DNA of 64,000 bases, taken from positions 17,381 to 81,380 of the forward strand of contig JAWKNG010000005.1 in assembly GCA_041391845.1 (NCBI GenBank). Direction: 5' to 3'. This document shows positions 40,541 through 50,557 of the stretch, in pieces. Both the position numbers and the translations under genes were made by a program. Every line of letters begins with the position of its first letter. Position 1 is the first letter of the stretch. Source of the stretch: Flavobacteriales bacterium. GTDB taxonomy: Bacteria; Bacteroidota; Bacteroidia; Flavobacteriales_F; PHOS-HE28. The notes under the pieces were generated by a model that saw only the letters and a program-made list of their open reading frames with translations, made no database searches and was not told the DNA's origin.

Positions 40541-41710
40541 ATGCGCACCCTGAAGAAGCTCCTGCTCTGGACCATCGTGCTGATCGGTGGCCTCATCGCC
40601 CTGGCCTACCTCACCGGCAACGACCACATCCCCCGCGGCGTACGCTACACCTACCTCATCGGTCGCACCAGCCCGGAGATCGACGATCGCGACTTCTTCC
40701 CCTACGCCACCATCCCCGCCGAGCAGCCACGACCCTGGCCGCAGAGCACCCGCTACGGTCGGCTCGCGCTCACACCGGAGCAGGAAGCGAAGCTGAAGGA
40801 GTTGCACAGTGTGGGATTCGCCGTGTTCCAACACGACAGCCTCGTGTTCGAGCAGTACTGGAGCGGGTGGGATGCCGACAGCGTGAGCAACAGCTTCAGC
40901 GTGGCCAAGAGCTACATCAGCCTGCTCACGGGCATCGCCATGAAGGAGGGCCGCATCAGCAACGTGTTCCAGCCGGTCGGCGACTTCCTGCCGGAGTACA
41001 AGGAGGGCTGCTACAGCAAGATCACCCTGTGGCACCTGCTCACCATGAGCACCGGGCTGGACTGGAGCGAGAGCGGCGCCGATCCCTTCAGCGACAACGC
41101 CAAGGGCTACTACGGCACCAATGTGCGCGAACTAAGCCTTTCGCAGCCCTGCCGGGACGAGCCGGGTACGAAGCTCGATTACATCAGCGGCAGCACGCAG
41201 ATCATGGCCGAGGTGCTGGAAGCAGCCTATGGCCGCCAACTGGACGACCTGGTACGCGAAAAGATCTGGACCCCGCTGGGCTGCGAGCATCCGGCCTACT
41301 GGGGCAAGGACCGCAGCGACGGCGACTTCAAGGCCTTCTGCTGCCTGTACGCCACCGCTCGTGACTTTGGGCGGATCGGTCAACTCTACTTGGACAGTGG
41401 GCGCTGGCAAGGCCGGCAGCTCATCGATACCGAATACTGGCAGGCCTCGCTGACCCCGGCCGCCATCACCGACAAGGACGCCCCCAACCAGCGCTACGGC
41501 TACTTCTGGTGGCTGGCCGAGCTGGATGGGCAGCCCGTGTGGTACTGCCGCGGCTTTCACGGCGAGTATGTGGTGGTATTGCCCGCCGACGACCTGGTGC
41601 TGGTACGTACCGGCATGAAGCGCGAAGAGGTGAACGAACGCGGCCACCCCACCGATGTCTTCGCCTGGATCGCGATCGCACGTGAACTGGCCGGACGTGG
41701 CGTTCAGTAA
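40541..41710 (+). CDS. Serine hydrolase of the beta-lactamase/transpeptidase-like superfamily (membrane-anchored)
   Basis: N-terminal TM segment, an S-x-x-K motif (SVAKS) and YxN-like downstream elements. Confidence 0.7.
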   Translation: MRTLKKLLLWTIVLIGGLIALAYLTGNDHIPRGVRYTYLIGRTSPEIDDRDFFPYATIPAEQPRPWPQSTRYGRLALTPEQEAKLKELHSVGFAVFQHDSLVFEQYWSGWDADSVSNSFSVAKSYISLLTGIAMKEGRISNVFQPVGDFLPEYKEGCYSKITLWHLLTMSTGLDWSESGADPFSDNAKGYYGTNVRELSLSQPCRDEPGTKLDYISGSTQIMAEVLEAAYGRQLDDLVREKIWTPLGCEHPAYWGKDRSDGDFKAFCCLYATARDFGRIGQLYLDSGRWQGRQLIDTEYWQASLTPAAITDKDAPNQRYGYFWWLAELDGQPVWYCRGFHGEYVVVLPADDLVLVRTGMKREEVNERGHPTDVFAWIAIARELAGRGVQ

Positions 41711-41738
41711 CTGCCGCCATTGCGCACCTTTGCGGCAG
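41711..41738 (+). terminator. Possible hairpin CTGCCGC-N14-GCGGCAG immediately after the serine hydrolase stop
   Basis: 7-bp inverted repeat with no U-tract. Confidence 0.2.
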
Positions 41739-41760
41739 CGCCTCGGGCGAAAGCGAACAC

Positions 41761-42165
41761 ATGCAAAAGGATATTGAGCGCCCCTTGGTACAGGATGTGG
41801 CCATGGCTGTGGTCCGTGAACTGGATGAGGAGGGTGAGGAGGCCTGGTACGTCTATCTGGTGAATCTGCGTGATGAGGCCCTGGAGAACGTGCTGGTCAG
41901 CTCACGCGGGTATGGCGAGATGGCCGGTGAGGCACGGCGCACCAGCGAAATGCGCCACTTCCTGGAGCACCTCGGCCCCCGTAGCTGGGCGCGCATCGAA
42001 CGCATCGTGGAGGATGTCTTCGCGCTGAACAACCAGTATTGGCTCAGCTTCTACCTCCGTGGGGCACTGTACGACCGCAAATACATCTTCGTGGCAGGGA
42101 GCATCGAAGAGACCAACTTCACCACCGTGCCACTGATGGAGAAGCGGGGGGTGATGATCGTGTGA
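41761..42165 (+). CDS. Hypothetical cytoplasmic protein (134 aa), first gene of a four-gene operon
   Basis: I recognised no motif. It ends 34 nt before the next gene. Confidence 0.45.
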   Translation: MQKDIERPLVQDVAMAVVRELDEEGEEAWYVYLVNLRDEALENVLVSSRGYGEMAGEARRTSEMRHFLEHLGPRSWARIERIVEDVFALNNQYWLSFYLRGALYDRKYIFVAGSIEETNFTTVPLMEKRGVMIV

Positions 42166-42198
42166 CCCATGGACGCGAGCCATCGTTCATCCCCTGCC

Positions 42199-43257
42199 AT
42201 GGTCGCCTGGCCCTTGCTCCTGCTGGCCCTGGCCGCCTGCGGAAGCCGGGACCAGCATATCCCCCCGCCGATCGCGGCCACCGATGTGGCCACCCGCACC
42301 TTCGGGGACGACGCCCCCTTCGACCAGGCCTGTGCCCACCGCAGCAGTGCGCAATTCATGGTGGGCACCCGCACCATCATTCCCAACCTGCACTGGGACA
42401 TGGAGGACAGCGCGGAACCCGGCCGGCTCAGCGACGCGCATGCCTACAGCGGCCGTCGCTCCATGCACATCCCCGACGACATGGAGTACAGCCCCGGCGT
42501 GTGCCGCCTGGTGAAGGACGTGGCTGACACCCTCCAGCACATCAGCACAGGTTTCTGGTCCTATTCCGAGGAGGACAGCCTCCGCCTCACACTGGTGATC
42601 ACCATCAAGCGTGGCGAGGAGCAGCTGCATTGGTTCGGCAAGGACGTACGCCGGGACGAGTACACACCCGGCCGATGGCAGCGCTTCAACGCTTCCTTCC
42701 CTGTGGATGGCAGCACGTTCACGGGAGAGGAGCGCATCTGCCTGTACCTCTGGAACCGCGCAGGCAGCGAACTCTTCGTGGACGATTGGGACCTGGTGTT
42801 CCGCAGCACCCGGATCCCCGGGTGGCGCGCTGCGCCCGGGATCGATCTGGAGCAGGCCGCACGAACACGTGAAGCGCTGCCCTTCGTCAAGATCGACCAT
42901 GTCCGTTCGGCGGATCCGGTGGCACATGGGATCAGGGTGGGTGGCCCGGTACCGCCCGTGACAGCAGTTCCGGTCGCCATGCCCGGACCTGCAGGACACA
43001 CCCTGCACCTGGCGGAAGGCGCCGCCGTGGGACTCCTGCGCGATCGCTCCGGCAAGGCCAAAGGCCTGTTCCGTGCGTGGCATCCGCTCATCGGCCGCGA
43101 CCTCTTCACCTTCGAGCGATGCCACCTGGAAGCTGCGGAGGATGGCATCCTCATCATCGCACACGATGTGGACACCGACCCGACGAGCGGACTTCCCATC
43201 GTGGCGGCCGAACCGGCACCGCTGGCCTACGTGGTCCAACTCGAAGCCCACCCATGA
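42199..43257 (+). CDS. Hypothetical lipoprotein (352 aa)
   Basis: Lipobox LLALAACGS. Its stop overlaps the next ATG (ATGA). Confidence 0.55.
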   Translation: MVAWPLLLLALAACGSRDQHIPPPIAATDVATRTFGDDAPFDQACAHRSSAQFMVGTRTIIPNLHWDMEDSAEPGRLSDAHAYSGRRSMHIPDDMEYSPGVCRLVKDVADTLQHISTGFWSYSEEDSLRLTLVITIKRGEEQLHWFGKDVRRDEYTPGRWQRFNASFPVDGSTFTGEERICLYLWNRAGSELFVDDWDLVFRSTRIPGWRAAPGIDLEQAARTREALPFVKIDHVRSADPVAHGIRVGGPVPPVTAVPVAMPGPAGHTLHLAEGAAVGLLRDRSGKAKGLFRAWHPLIGRDLFTFERCHLEAAEDGILIIAHDVDTDPTSGLPIVAAEPAPLAYVVQLEAHP

Positions 43258-45134
43258 ACCTGCGCGTCCTCCTCAGCTTTATGTCCGTCCTGCTGTTCGC
43301 AGCCTGTGCGCATGAAGAACGGACGGATGCCGCCGTGATCGACCGGGTGGACTGGCTGGTGAACATGCCGGCCGCAGAGAACGGTGTGCTCACGCTGGAG
43401 CTCGACTACCAGGACGCCATCGACAGTGGCTTCGTCATTCCCAGCGGCCGACAGGCGGAAGGGGGGCGCTTCACCTGCCGGTTGACGCCCGGACCCGATG
43501 CTGTGCCGGGCGGCGGCGTCCGCTACAAGATCTACTACAAGAACGACTCCTACCGCTTCCCGCATGGCACGTCGGAAGGGGCGCAGCACCCCCTTGCCCA
43601 CGAGAACTTCTACGGCAGCTGGGAGCGCGCGTCGGAAGGCTTCCGCAGCAGTGGACCACTGGCGGATGACGCCGTGATCGAGCTCGCCTTCCGCATCCAT
43701 GGCGACCCGCGTGAAGAGCCCCAGTACCGCGATGCGGAAGGCCGTTCGCTGCGCTGGGCGCGCAACCCCCGCGTGGGGCGCTATTCCTTCATGCTGGTGG
43801 CCATGAGCGAGGAGCGTTTCGCCGCGATCGAGCTCCCCGAAGCCGTGGTTAACATCGGCATACCGGACAGCGCCGGGTTCATCGACCCCTTCTGGTACTG
43901 GAAGGAAGGGCCAGGTTCCGCCCTGCCAGGCGTACAGGTGGTGGAAGCCCCTGTGCAGGTGCATGTGCAGGCACGGCCCGACCTGGGGGCCGGCATCCAC
44001 ATCCCCCCCCCCGCTCCAGAGCAGGCTTTCACCGCCACCTGCGGCAGCACCGAGGAGCTCAGGAAGCAGGCCCCCTTCGAACAGTTCATACACTACGTGG
44101 ACCCCTCCACCCGCTTCGCCAACATCCCCCTCATCGCCGACATCCTGGGCAACGAATACACCCCGGAGGACCACGACCATTACCGCGCCTTCTTCCCCCC
44201 CGAGGAGATGGTGACGCTCCGCCCCATGACCACCGCCACCCCTTGCGCCACGGTGAGCAGCGATCCGGAACGGGGCTCCATCCTGCTGCGCAATCCCGCC
44301 AGCACGCCCAGCGACATGCGCAAGGAGAACGTGGGTGTGCGCTCCCGCCATGGCCTGGCCTATGGACGCTACCAGGTGAAGTGCAAGCTCACGCGGCTGC
44401 TCAACGACTCGGACATGTGGGTGGGGCTCACCAACGCCATCTGGCTCATCTATGACGGTGCGCCGGGCTGCCTGCGCAGGCCCTGCGAAAAGGACGGCTA
44501 CCTGGCCAACTACTATGGCGGCGATGGCGATCAGCGCGTGCCCCGGGTGGCGTACTCAGAGATCGACTTCGAGATCCTGAAGACACCGGCCTACTGCCCC
44601 GACATGTCCTTTCCGCCTACCTACCCACAACAACTGGCCGATCATGGGGACCGCAACGCCTGGGCCTACAGCAGCAGTGACGCCCGCATGGACAGTCCCG
44701 GCATGATCACCGTGGCATGCACCAACTGGGACATGGCCTGCCACGAGCCGGAAGCGTTCAGCGCCGGTTGCCACACCCTGGAAAAGAACGGACGGACCTA
44801 CCTGAACCACCGCTGGAGCACGGATTACCGCGCCGTGACACAGAAGGTGGAGGAACTTGATGCCACGCTCTTCGGCGGCAGCCACTACTGGTTCGAGATC
44901 GACTGGCGGCCGGAGGAGATCATCTGGCGGATCGGCCCGGAGCGCGACCAACTGCACGTTGTCGGCTACATGGACCGCAGCATCACCGAGATCAGCAATG
45001 TGCAGATGCACCTGATCGTGACCCAGGAATACCACAACACCCGCTGGTGGCCGGGCACACCCTACGACCAGGGCTACATCCCCTTCCCCTCCAGGGAACT
45101 GGTCGGCGAGATCATGGAGGTCATCATCGAATGA
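43254..45134 (+). CDS. Lipoprotein with C-terminal GH16-like (concanavalin-A-like glucanase fold) domain
   Basis: Lipobox LLFAACAHE. The C-terminal half carries the GH16 pattern: YGRYQVKCKL, GLTNAIWLI and the catalytic-type ExDxE (SEIDFEILK), followed by YWFEIDWRPEEIIWRIG. The N-terminal ~300 aa are unassigned. Confidence 0.55.
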   Translation: MNLRVLLSFMSVLLFAACAHEERTDAAVIDRVDWLVNMPAAENGVLTLELDYQDAIDSGFVIPSGRQAEGGRFTCRLTPGPDAVPGGGVRYKIYYKNDSYRFPHGTSEGAQHPLAHENFYGSWERASEGFRSSGPLADDAVIELAFRIHGDPREEPQYRDAEGRSLRWARNPRVGRYSFMLVAMSEERFAAIELPEAVVNIGIPDSAGFIDPFWYWKEGPGSALPGVQVVEAPVQVHVQARPDLGAGIHIPPPAPEQAFTATCGSTEELRKQAPFEQFIHYVDPSTRFANIPLIADILGNEYTPEDHDHYRAFFPPEEMVTLRPMTTATPCATVSSDPERGSILLRNPASTPSDMRKENVGVRSRHGLAYGRYQVKCKLTRLLNDSDMWVGLTNAIWLIYDGAPGCLRRPCEKDGYLANYYGGDGDQRVPRVAYSEIDFEILKTPAYCPDMSFPPTYPQQLADHGDRNAWAYSSSDARMDSPGMITVACTNWDMACHEPEAFSAGCHTLEKNGRTYLNHRWSTDYRAVTQKVEELDATLFGGSHYWFEIDWRPEEIIWRIGPERDQLHVVGYMDRSITEISNVQMHLIVTQEYHNTRWWPGTPYDQGYIPFPSRELVGEIMEVIIE

Positions 45135-47452
45135 GCGCCATCACCGACCTCCGCAAGGGTGCCCTCCTTGCATTGGTGCTGGGCCTGCTCGCCCTGCTCC
45201 TCTTCCACCGCACCGCATTGCTGGCGCCCAACAGCTACATGGCGGCCATCGGCGGCGATGGGCTGAAGAACTACTTCTCCTATGCCTGGCACGTGGAGCA
45301 CGACACGGCGGCCACCGTGTTCTCCGGTATGAACGCACCCTTCGGCGAGCACATCAACTACCCGGACGCCCAACCGTTGCTGAGCGATCTGCACCGTGCG
45401 GTGGATGCGGTGTGGACCGGCAGCGACCGATACAGCGTGGGCGTGGTGAACCTGCTGATGCTGCTGAGCCTGCCCGTCTGTGCGCTGCTGCTCTTCCTGG
45501 TGCTGCACCGGTCGGGCATGCCCTGGCACCTGGCAGCGATCGCAGGTGTTGCGCTCGCCCTGTCCACCGTACAGGGCCTGCGCTCCGTACAGGCGCATTA
45601 TGCGCTGGCCTACACCTGGGCCCTTCCCCTGGCCATCTGGGCCGGCCTTCGCCACTGGACGCACCCACGGCCCTGGCGCTCCGCATTGCTCATTGTCGCG
45701 GTCCTGCTGGCACTTTTATCCATCCATGTGTACCTGGGCTTCATCGGCAGTGCGCTCCTGCTCGCATGGTCCATGATCGGGATCGCTGGTAGTGCCGGCC
45801 GTCTGCAGAAGCTGACCGCACTGGCAGCCCCCGTAGTGGCCCTGCTCCTGTTCCAAGGCTTCACCAAGCTCACGGACACACACACCGACCGCACCGAACA
45901 TCCCACGGGCTTCTTCGATTACCAGGCCAACGCCCGCACGCTGCTCGTGCCAGACCACCAGTGGATCAGCCCGCTGGGCCGGCTCCTGCCCGGGGCGCCC
46001 GCCACCGAGGTGGCCGAGAACTGGGCCTACCTGGGCCTGGGCACGCTCCTCATGGCCGCCATGCTGGTGGTGTCCGCCGTGGTGTACGTGGTGCGCGAGC
46101 GGGGAGCGGGTCTATCCAGGCAGCTGACCAGGGTCTTCGACCCGCACGGGCTCGGCGGGCTGTTCCTGGCGTCCATCCCCTTCCTGCTGATCGCCCTGGG
46201 CATGCCGTTCAACGATGGCAATGAGTCCTTGCTGTGGGACACCCCCGTGTTCCGCCAGTTCCGTGCACCAGGGCGCTTCGCGTGGGCCTTCTTCTATGCA
46301 CTGGGACTTTTCGTGGCGTGGCGCTGCTGGCGGCTCTTCGAGGCAGGGAGGGCGATGCGGTCCCTGGGCATCGTCGGCCTGGTGCTCGGCATCGGACTGC
46401 AGCTCTACGAGGGAAGCTACATCCAGGCCTTCATCGGTCGTGAGTTCGTGAAGAGCAGCAACCTTTTCCGGCGCGAACAACTAAGCCCTGAGGAACAGCG
46501 CCTGGTGGACCGCGTGCGGCGGGAAAAGGCCGTGGGCATCGCAAGCATCCCCTATTTCCACAACGGCTCTGAGGAGTTCCTCATTCCCGTGCACGAGGAG
46601 GGCCTGCGCGTGGGGCAGCTGGTGGCCTACCACACCGGGCTGCCAATGATGTCCTCCTCGCTCACCCGTACCGGGCTGGAAGAGGTGCGCGCCGGTATCT
46701 CAGCCTTCGGGCCCAGCTGGTACCCGCGCCCAACGCTGCCGCACTGGCGCGGGGAGGACAGCCTGGTGATCCTCGCCTTCGACGACAAGCGCGCCGATGC
46801 CGACCATGCGATCATGGCCCGTTCTGTGCTCTTGGACCGGGTGGGCAGTGTGCAGGTGGCCAAGATCGCCGTGAAGGACCTCCTGCGGGATGAACGCGCC
46901 AGCACACGCCAGAAGAAGATCGCCGAACTGGCGTCATCCTACAAAAGCGGCTCGTGGTACTTCAGCAGGCCCGACACCTTCCTGTTCCACGACTCCTTTG
47001 AAAGCGGCTCCAGCCCGCATGTTCTGGCGGGCGCTGGAGCGCTCGCCGGAGCACACGGCACCTTCACCCAGCTGGCCGAATTCCCGCCCAACACCTTCCA
47101 AGGCGACCGGCAATATCTGGCCTCCTTCTGGTATTACAACCGGGGTGCCATGCGCTGCCATGCGCTCGCCGGCATCGACGAGTTTGACGAAGCGACCGGG
47201 CAGGGCTACTGGGACCACTACACGAACCCCCGCTTCAGCCGCACCTTGGTGGGCGATTGGAGTTTGGTGGAGATCCCCTTCACCGTGCGCGACCCCCAGA
47301 ACCGTATCAAGGTGTTCGTGGATCGCTTCTGGTATCAACCACTGGATACGGTGTTCGTGGATGAACTGCTGGTGCGGCAGGCGGATGTGAGCGTGCTCCG
47401 CTACGATGCCGATTCCACCCTGTGGTGGAACGGGCATCCGCTGCGGAAATAG
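45131..47452 (+). CDS. Large polytopic membrane protein (774 aa), YfhO/GT-C-like candidate, with C-terminal soluble domain
   Basis: More than 10 predicted TM helices in the first ~420 aa, then a ~350-aa extracytoplasmic domain. Its ATG overlaps the previous stop (ATGA). Confidence 0.55.
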   Translation: MSAITDLRKGALLALVLGLLALLLFHRTALLAPNSYMAAIGGDGLKNYFSYAWHVEHDTAATVFSGMNAPFGEHINYPDAQPLLSDLHRAVDAVWTGSDRYSVGVVNLLMLLSLPVCALLLFLVLHRSGMPWHLAAIAGVALALSTVQGLRSVQAHYALAYTWALPLAIWAGLRHWTHPRPWRSALLIVAVLLALLSIHVYLGFIGSALLLAWSMIGIAGSAGRLQKLTALAAPVVALLLFQGFTKLTDTHTDRTEHPTGFFDYQANARTLLVPDHQWISPLGRLLPGAPATEVAENWAYLGLGTLLMAAMLVVSAVVYVVRERGAGLSRQLTRVFDPHGLGGLFLASIPFLLIALGMPFNDGNESLLWDTPVFRQFRAPGRFAWAFFYALGLFVAWRCWRLFEAGRAMRSLGIVGLVLGIGLQLYEGSYIQAFIGREFVKSSNLFRREQLSPEEQRLVDRVRREKAVGIASIPYFHNGSEEFLIPVHEEGLRVGQLVAYHTGLPMMSSSLTRTGLEEVRAGISAFGPSWYPRPTLPHWRGEDSLVILAFDDKRADADHAIMARSVLLDRVGSVQVAKIAVKDLLRDERASTRQKKIAELASSYKSGSWYFSRPDTFLFHDSFESGSSPHVLAGAGALAGAHGTFTQLAEFPPNTFQGDRQYLASFWYYNRGAMRCHALAGIDEFDEATGQGYWDHYTNPRFSRTLVGDWSLVEIPFTVRDPQNRIKVFVDRFWYQPLDTVFVDELLVRQADVSVLRYDADSTLWWNGHPLRK

Positions 47453-47458
47453 CCGGGT

Positions 47459-48181
47459 CTACAGCCCGTACTTCACAATGCACCAGATGGCGCGGAAACC
47501 GTCCTTCCAGCCTATCTTCTTGCCCTCTGCATACGTGCGGCCGTAGTAGCTGATGCCCACTTCGTAGATGCGGATACCGGGCACCCGTGCCAGCTTGGCG
47601 GTCACCTCTGGCTCGAACCCGAAGCGCCGCTCGCGCAGGTCGAGCCCCTTGGCGATGTCGCTCCGGATCAGCTTGTAGCAGGTTTCCATGTCCGTCAGGT
47701 TCAAGTTGTTGAACGCGTTGGACAGGAAGGTCAGGAACGTGTTGCCGATGCTGTGCCAGAAGAACAGGATACGGTGGGGGTGATGGCCCATGAAGCGCGA
47801 ACCATAGACCACGTCGGCAAAGCCTTCCACCACAGGCCGAAGCAGGTCGTTGTATTCACGTGGGTCGTACTCCAGATCCGCATCCTGCACGATCAGGTAT
47901 TCGCCCGTGGCCTCGTGGATGCCCCGGTGGATGGCCGCTCCCTTGCCCATGTTGCGGGGCTGGTCATAGAACTTGATGCCCATGGAGGGATGGGTATCCA
48001 TATAGCGGCGCACGGCCTCCACTGTACCGTCCTTGGAGCCATCATTCACAATGATCACCTCCTTGGCAATGCCGTTCATCAGCTCCACGGCACGCACCTT
48101 GTCCAGGATCAGATGGATCGTACGCTCCTCGTTATAGGCCGGGATGATGATGGACAGGTTGCGCAACACTGGGTTGGTCAT
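47459..48181 (-). CDS. GT2 polyprenol-phosphate sugar synthase (Dpm1/ArnC-like)
   Basis: [32 protein letters not shown] (DxD). 240 aa, the typical size for Dpm1/ArnC-like enzymes. Confidence 0.85.
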   Translation of the reverse strand: MTNPVLRNLSIIIPAYNEERTIHLILDKVRAVELMNGIAKEVIIVNDGSKDGTVEAVRRYMDTHPSMGIKFYDQPRNMGKGAAIHRGIHEATGEYLIVQDADLEYDPREYNDLLRPVVEGFADVVYGSRFMGHHPHRILFFWHSIGNTFLTFLSNAFNNLNLTDMETCYKLIRSDIAKGLDLRERRFGFEPEVTAKLARVPGIRIYEVGISYYGRTYAEGKKIGWKDGFRAIWCIVKYGL

Positions 48182-48216
48182 GGTGCTCTTTTGTAGGCCG
48201 GAGTGCGATCAATGGA

Positions 48217-49779
48217 TCATAGCGGAGGCTGAACAAAGCTCTCATTTCCCGTTTCAAGATATTGAACGCGAGATGGCAGCAACGCACGAAGCTCATCCGA
48301 AGGGTTCACAACGATGATGCGACGCCCCTTCTGTATGAGGAGCGCTGTTCGCTCGGGATCGGGAGTGCCGGGGATCACTTGATGGCCGTGGAAGAACATC
48401 ATGGTCAGATTGGCAGGAAAAGGAACATTATAGATGATGGCGTGTCCTTGTGTCCCATCGATCTCCGATGCAAGGCGATCCATGACACGTAGGTTCTGGA
48501 GATGGGCCGACCTGTACACCGAATAGAACGGGTCGAGCTTTGCCTGTGCCGTGTGGGTGCGCTGCAACCGCTCCAACTGGAACAAGGCGCCCGCACTCAC
48601 GGCCACCGCGAGGACCAGCCATGTTCGGCTCAGCGAATAGGGTCGAGTGACCAATGCAAGCAAATGGGCGAGCCCTATGAAGAAGAAGCCGATCACCAGC
48701 ATGGGATAAGCATGCATCTTGGTAGCTGCCAACGTATACACCATGTACGTGACCACAACGCTGGTGATGGCCATGATCCTCATCCTCCGCTCCCGGCACT
48801 GGGTGACTGAAAGCAGCAAAGCACCGAACATCAGCAACGATGGGAACGGCTGGAACTGCTCCACCAAGGAATGATAGTAGAACCAATGGTCTCCCACATG
48901 ACCCTCCACCGCCTCCCAGAGGTGCAGGGAGTTGAATGACATTTCGTGGGCCATTTCCACTGGGAAACGGACCCAGGCGCTGATCTGCCAGGGAGCCGCT
49001 AGCAACACCGCGACCGCCAGCGCGATCAACAAGGCTTTCAGCTCCTGCCTTCGATCTCCAGTACCCAGTAGGAAGATAAGCGACCATCCACCGAAAAGCA
49101 GCGCCCCCGGAAGCCATTTCGTGAGAAGAGCCGATCCAACGAAACACCCGGCCACGACCGCCCACCGAAGCTTCCTTGACCGATCCCATTCACTCCACGC
49201 CCAAAAGGAACCTCCCACAAGGGAAATGAATACAGCATTGTTATGGTCGGATAACACACCACCAAGACAAAGGATCAAGAACCAATGTGACCATGCCATC
49301 AGGAACGCAGCATGGAAGGCCGTGTCCTTGTCATGCATGCTGCGGGCAAGGCGATAGGTGAAGAATACCAATGCAGTGGTGAACAGAGCGCTCGGCAGGC
49401 GCAAGGCGAACACCGAATAACCCAGCACACGTAGTGACAGAGAGATCATCCAAAGGAAAAAAGGCTGCTTGTGAAGCCAGACATTGTTCAAGGTCCACTC
49501 CTTGTGATCCAGGCCGAGTTCCGTATCCGTGAAGAGCATCGGTGTGAAGGGATGTTCCACCATGTTGCGGGCAACAACGGCATGAACACATTCATCCCAA
49601 ATGTTCAGGAAGGGATCCAACTGGATGGCCATCAAGCGCAGGGTCAGTGCCGCCAGCAACACGAGACCCAAAGCGGTTCGTTCCTGCGACCTATGCCATA
49701 GCACCAAGCCCAGTACCGACAGCAGGCAGGCCAACGCTATGGCAAGCTGCGCAGATGGGTCAAAGTAGGAGTCGAACAT
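48217..49779 (-). CDS. GT-C fold glycosyltransferase, PMT_2/ArnT-like (GT39/GT83-like)
   Basis: N-terminal loop DE motif (NIWDECVHA) and HKQPFFLW, which resembles the KPPL-YW motif of the family. About 12 TM segments. Confidence 0.7.
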   Translation of the reverse strand: MFDSYFDPSAQLAIALACLLSVLGLVLWHRSQERTALGLVLLAALTLRLMAIQLDPFLNIWDECVHAVVARNMVEHPFTPMLFTDTELGLDHKEWTLNNVWLHKQPFFLWMISLSLRVLGYSVFALRLPSALFTTALVFFTYRLARSMHDKDTAFHAAFLMAWSHWFLILCLGGVLSDHNNAVFISLVGGSFWAWSEWDRSRKLRWAVVAGCFVGSALLTKWLPGALLFGGWSLIFLLGTGDRRQELKALLIALAVAVLLAAPWQISAWVRFPVEMAHEMSFNSLHLWEAVEGHVGDHWFYYHSLVEQFQPFPSLLMFGALLLSVTQCRERRMRIMAITSVVVTYMVYTLAATKMHAYPMLVIGFFFIGLAHLLALVTRPYSLSRTWLVLAVAVSAGALFQLERLQRTHTAQAKLDPFYSVYRSAHLQNLRVMDRLASEIDGTQGHAIIYNVPFPANLTMMFFHGHQVIPGTPDPERTALLIQKGRRIIVVNPSDELRALLPSRVQYLETGNESFVQPPL

Positions 49780-49897
49780 GGTGGCACAGGAGCTTGGCCT
49801 GGTTCTTCTATTTCAACGGACCATCTTCTTTGCCTGCTCCAGCGTGCGCTTTCTATGATCCATCCGGACGCAACAAGATCGCAGCAGGTCTGGGGTC

Positions 49898-50554
49898 TTA
49901 CACCTCCATCTCCGGCACCTCCCCCTCCACCACCAGCCGTCCCTCGGTCTTCGCCTGTATCTCCTCCACGCTCACGCCCGGCGCACGTTCCAGCAGTTTG
50001 AAGCCGTTCGGTGTCACCTCGAACATGCCCAGGTCGCTGACGATCTTCTTCACGCAGCCCACACCGGTGAGCGGCAGGGTGCACTGCTTCAACAGCTTGC
50101 TCTCACCAGCCTTGTTGGTATGGAGCATGCACACGATGATGTTGTCCGCACTGGCCACCAGGTCCATGGCGCCGCCCATGCCCTTCACCATCTTGCCGGG
50201 GATCTTCCAATTGGCGATGTCGCCGGTGTCGCTCACCTCCATCGCACCCAGCACGGTGAGCTGCACATGCTGCCCGCGGATCATGGCGAAGCTGGTGGCA
50301 CTGTCGAAGATGGCCGCGCCGTCCTTCAGCGTCACCGTCTGCTTGCCCGCATTGATCAGGTCGGCATCCTCTTCACCCTCAAAGGGGAAGGGGCCCATTC
50401 CCAGGATGCCGTTCTCGCTTTGCAGCTCCACGCTGATGCCGGCGGGAATGTAGTTGGCCACCAAGGTGGGTATGCCGATGCCCAGGTTCACGTACCAGCC
50501 GTCCTTCAGTTCGCGCGCGATGCGCTGGGCCATTTGTTCCTTCGTCAGGGCCAT
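49898..50554 (-). CDS. scoB: 3-oxoacid CoA-transferase subunit B
   Basis: The sequence has the pattern of the CoA-transferase beta subunit throughout ([18 protein letters not shown]). Confidence 0.9.
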   Translation of the reverse strand: MALTKEQMAQRIARELKDGWYVNLGIGIPTLVANYIPAGISVELQSENGILGMGPFPFEGEEDADLINAGKQTVTLKDGAAIFDSATSFAMIRGQHVQLTVLGAMEVSDTGDIANWKIPGKMVKGMGGAMDLVASADNIIVCMLHTNKAGESKLLKQCTLPLTGVGCVKKIVSDLGMFEVTPNGFKLLERAPGVSVEEIQAKTEGRLVVEGEVPEMEV

Positions 50555-50557
50555 GGG

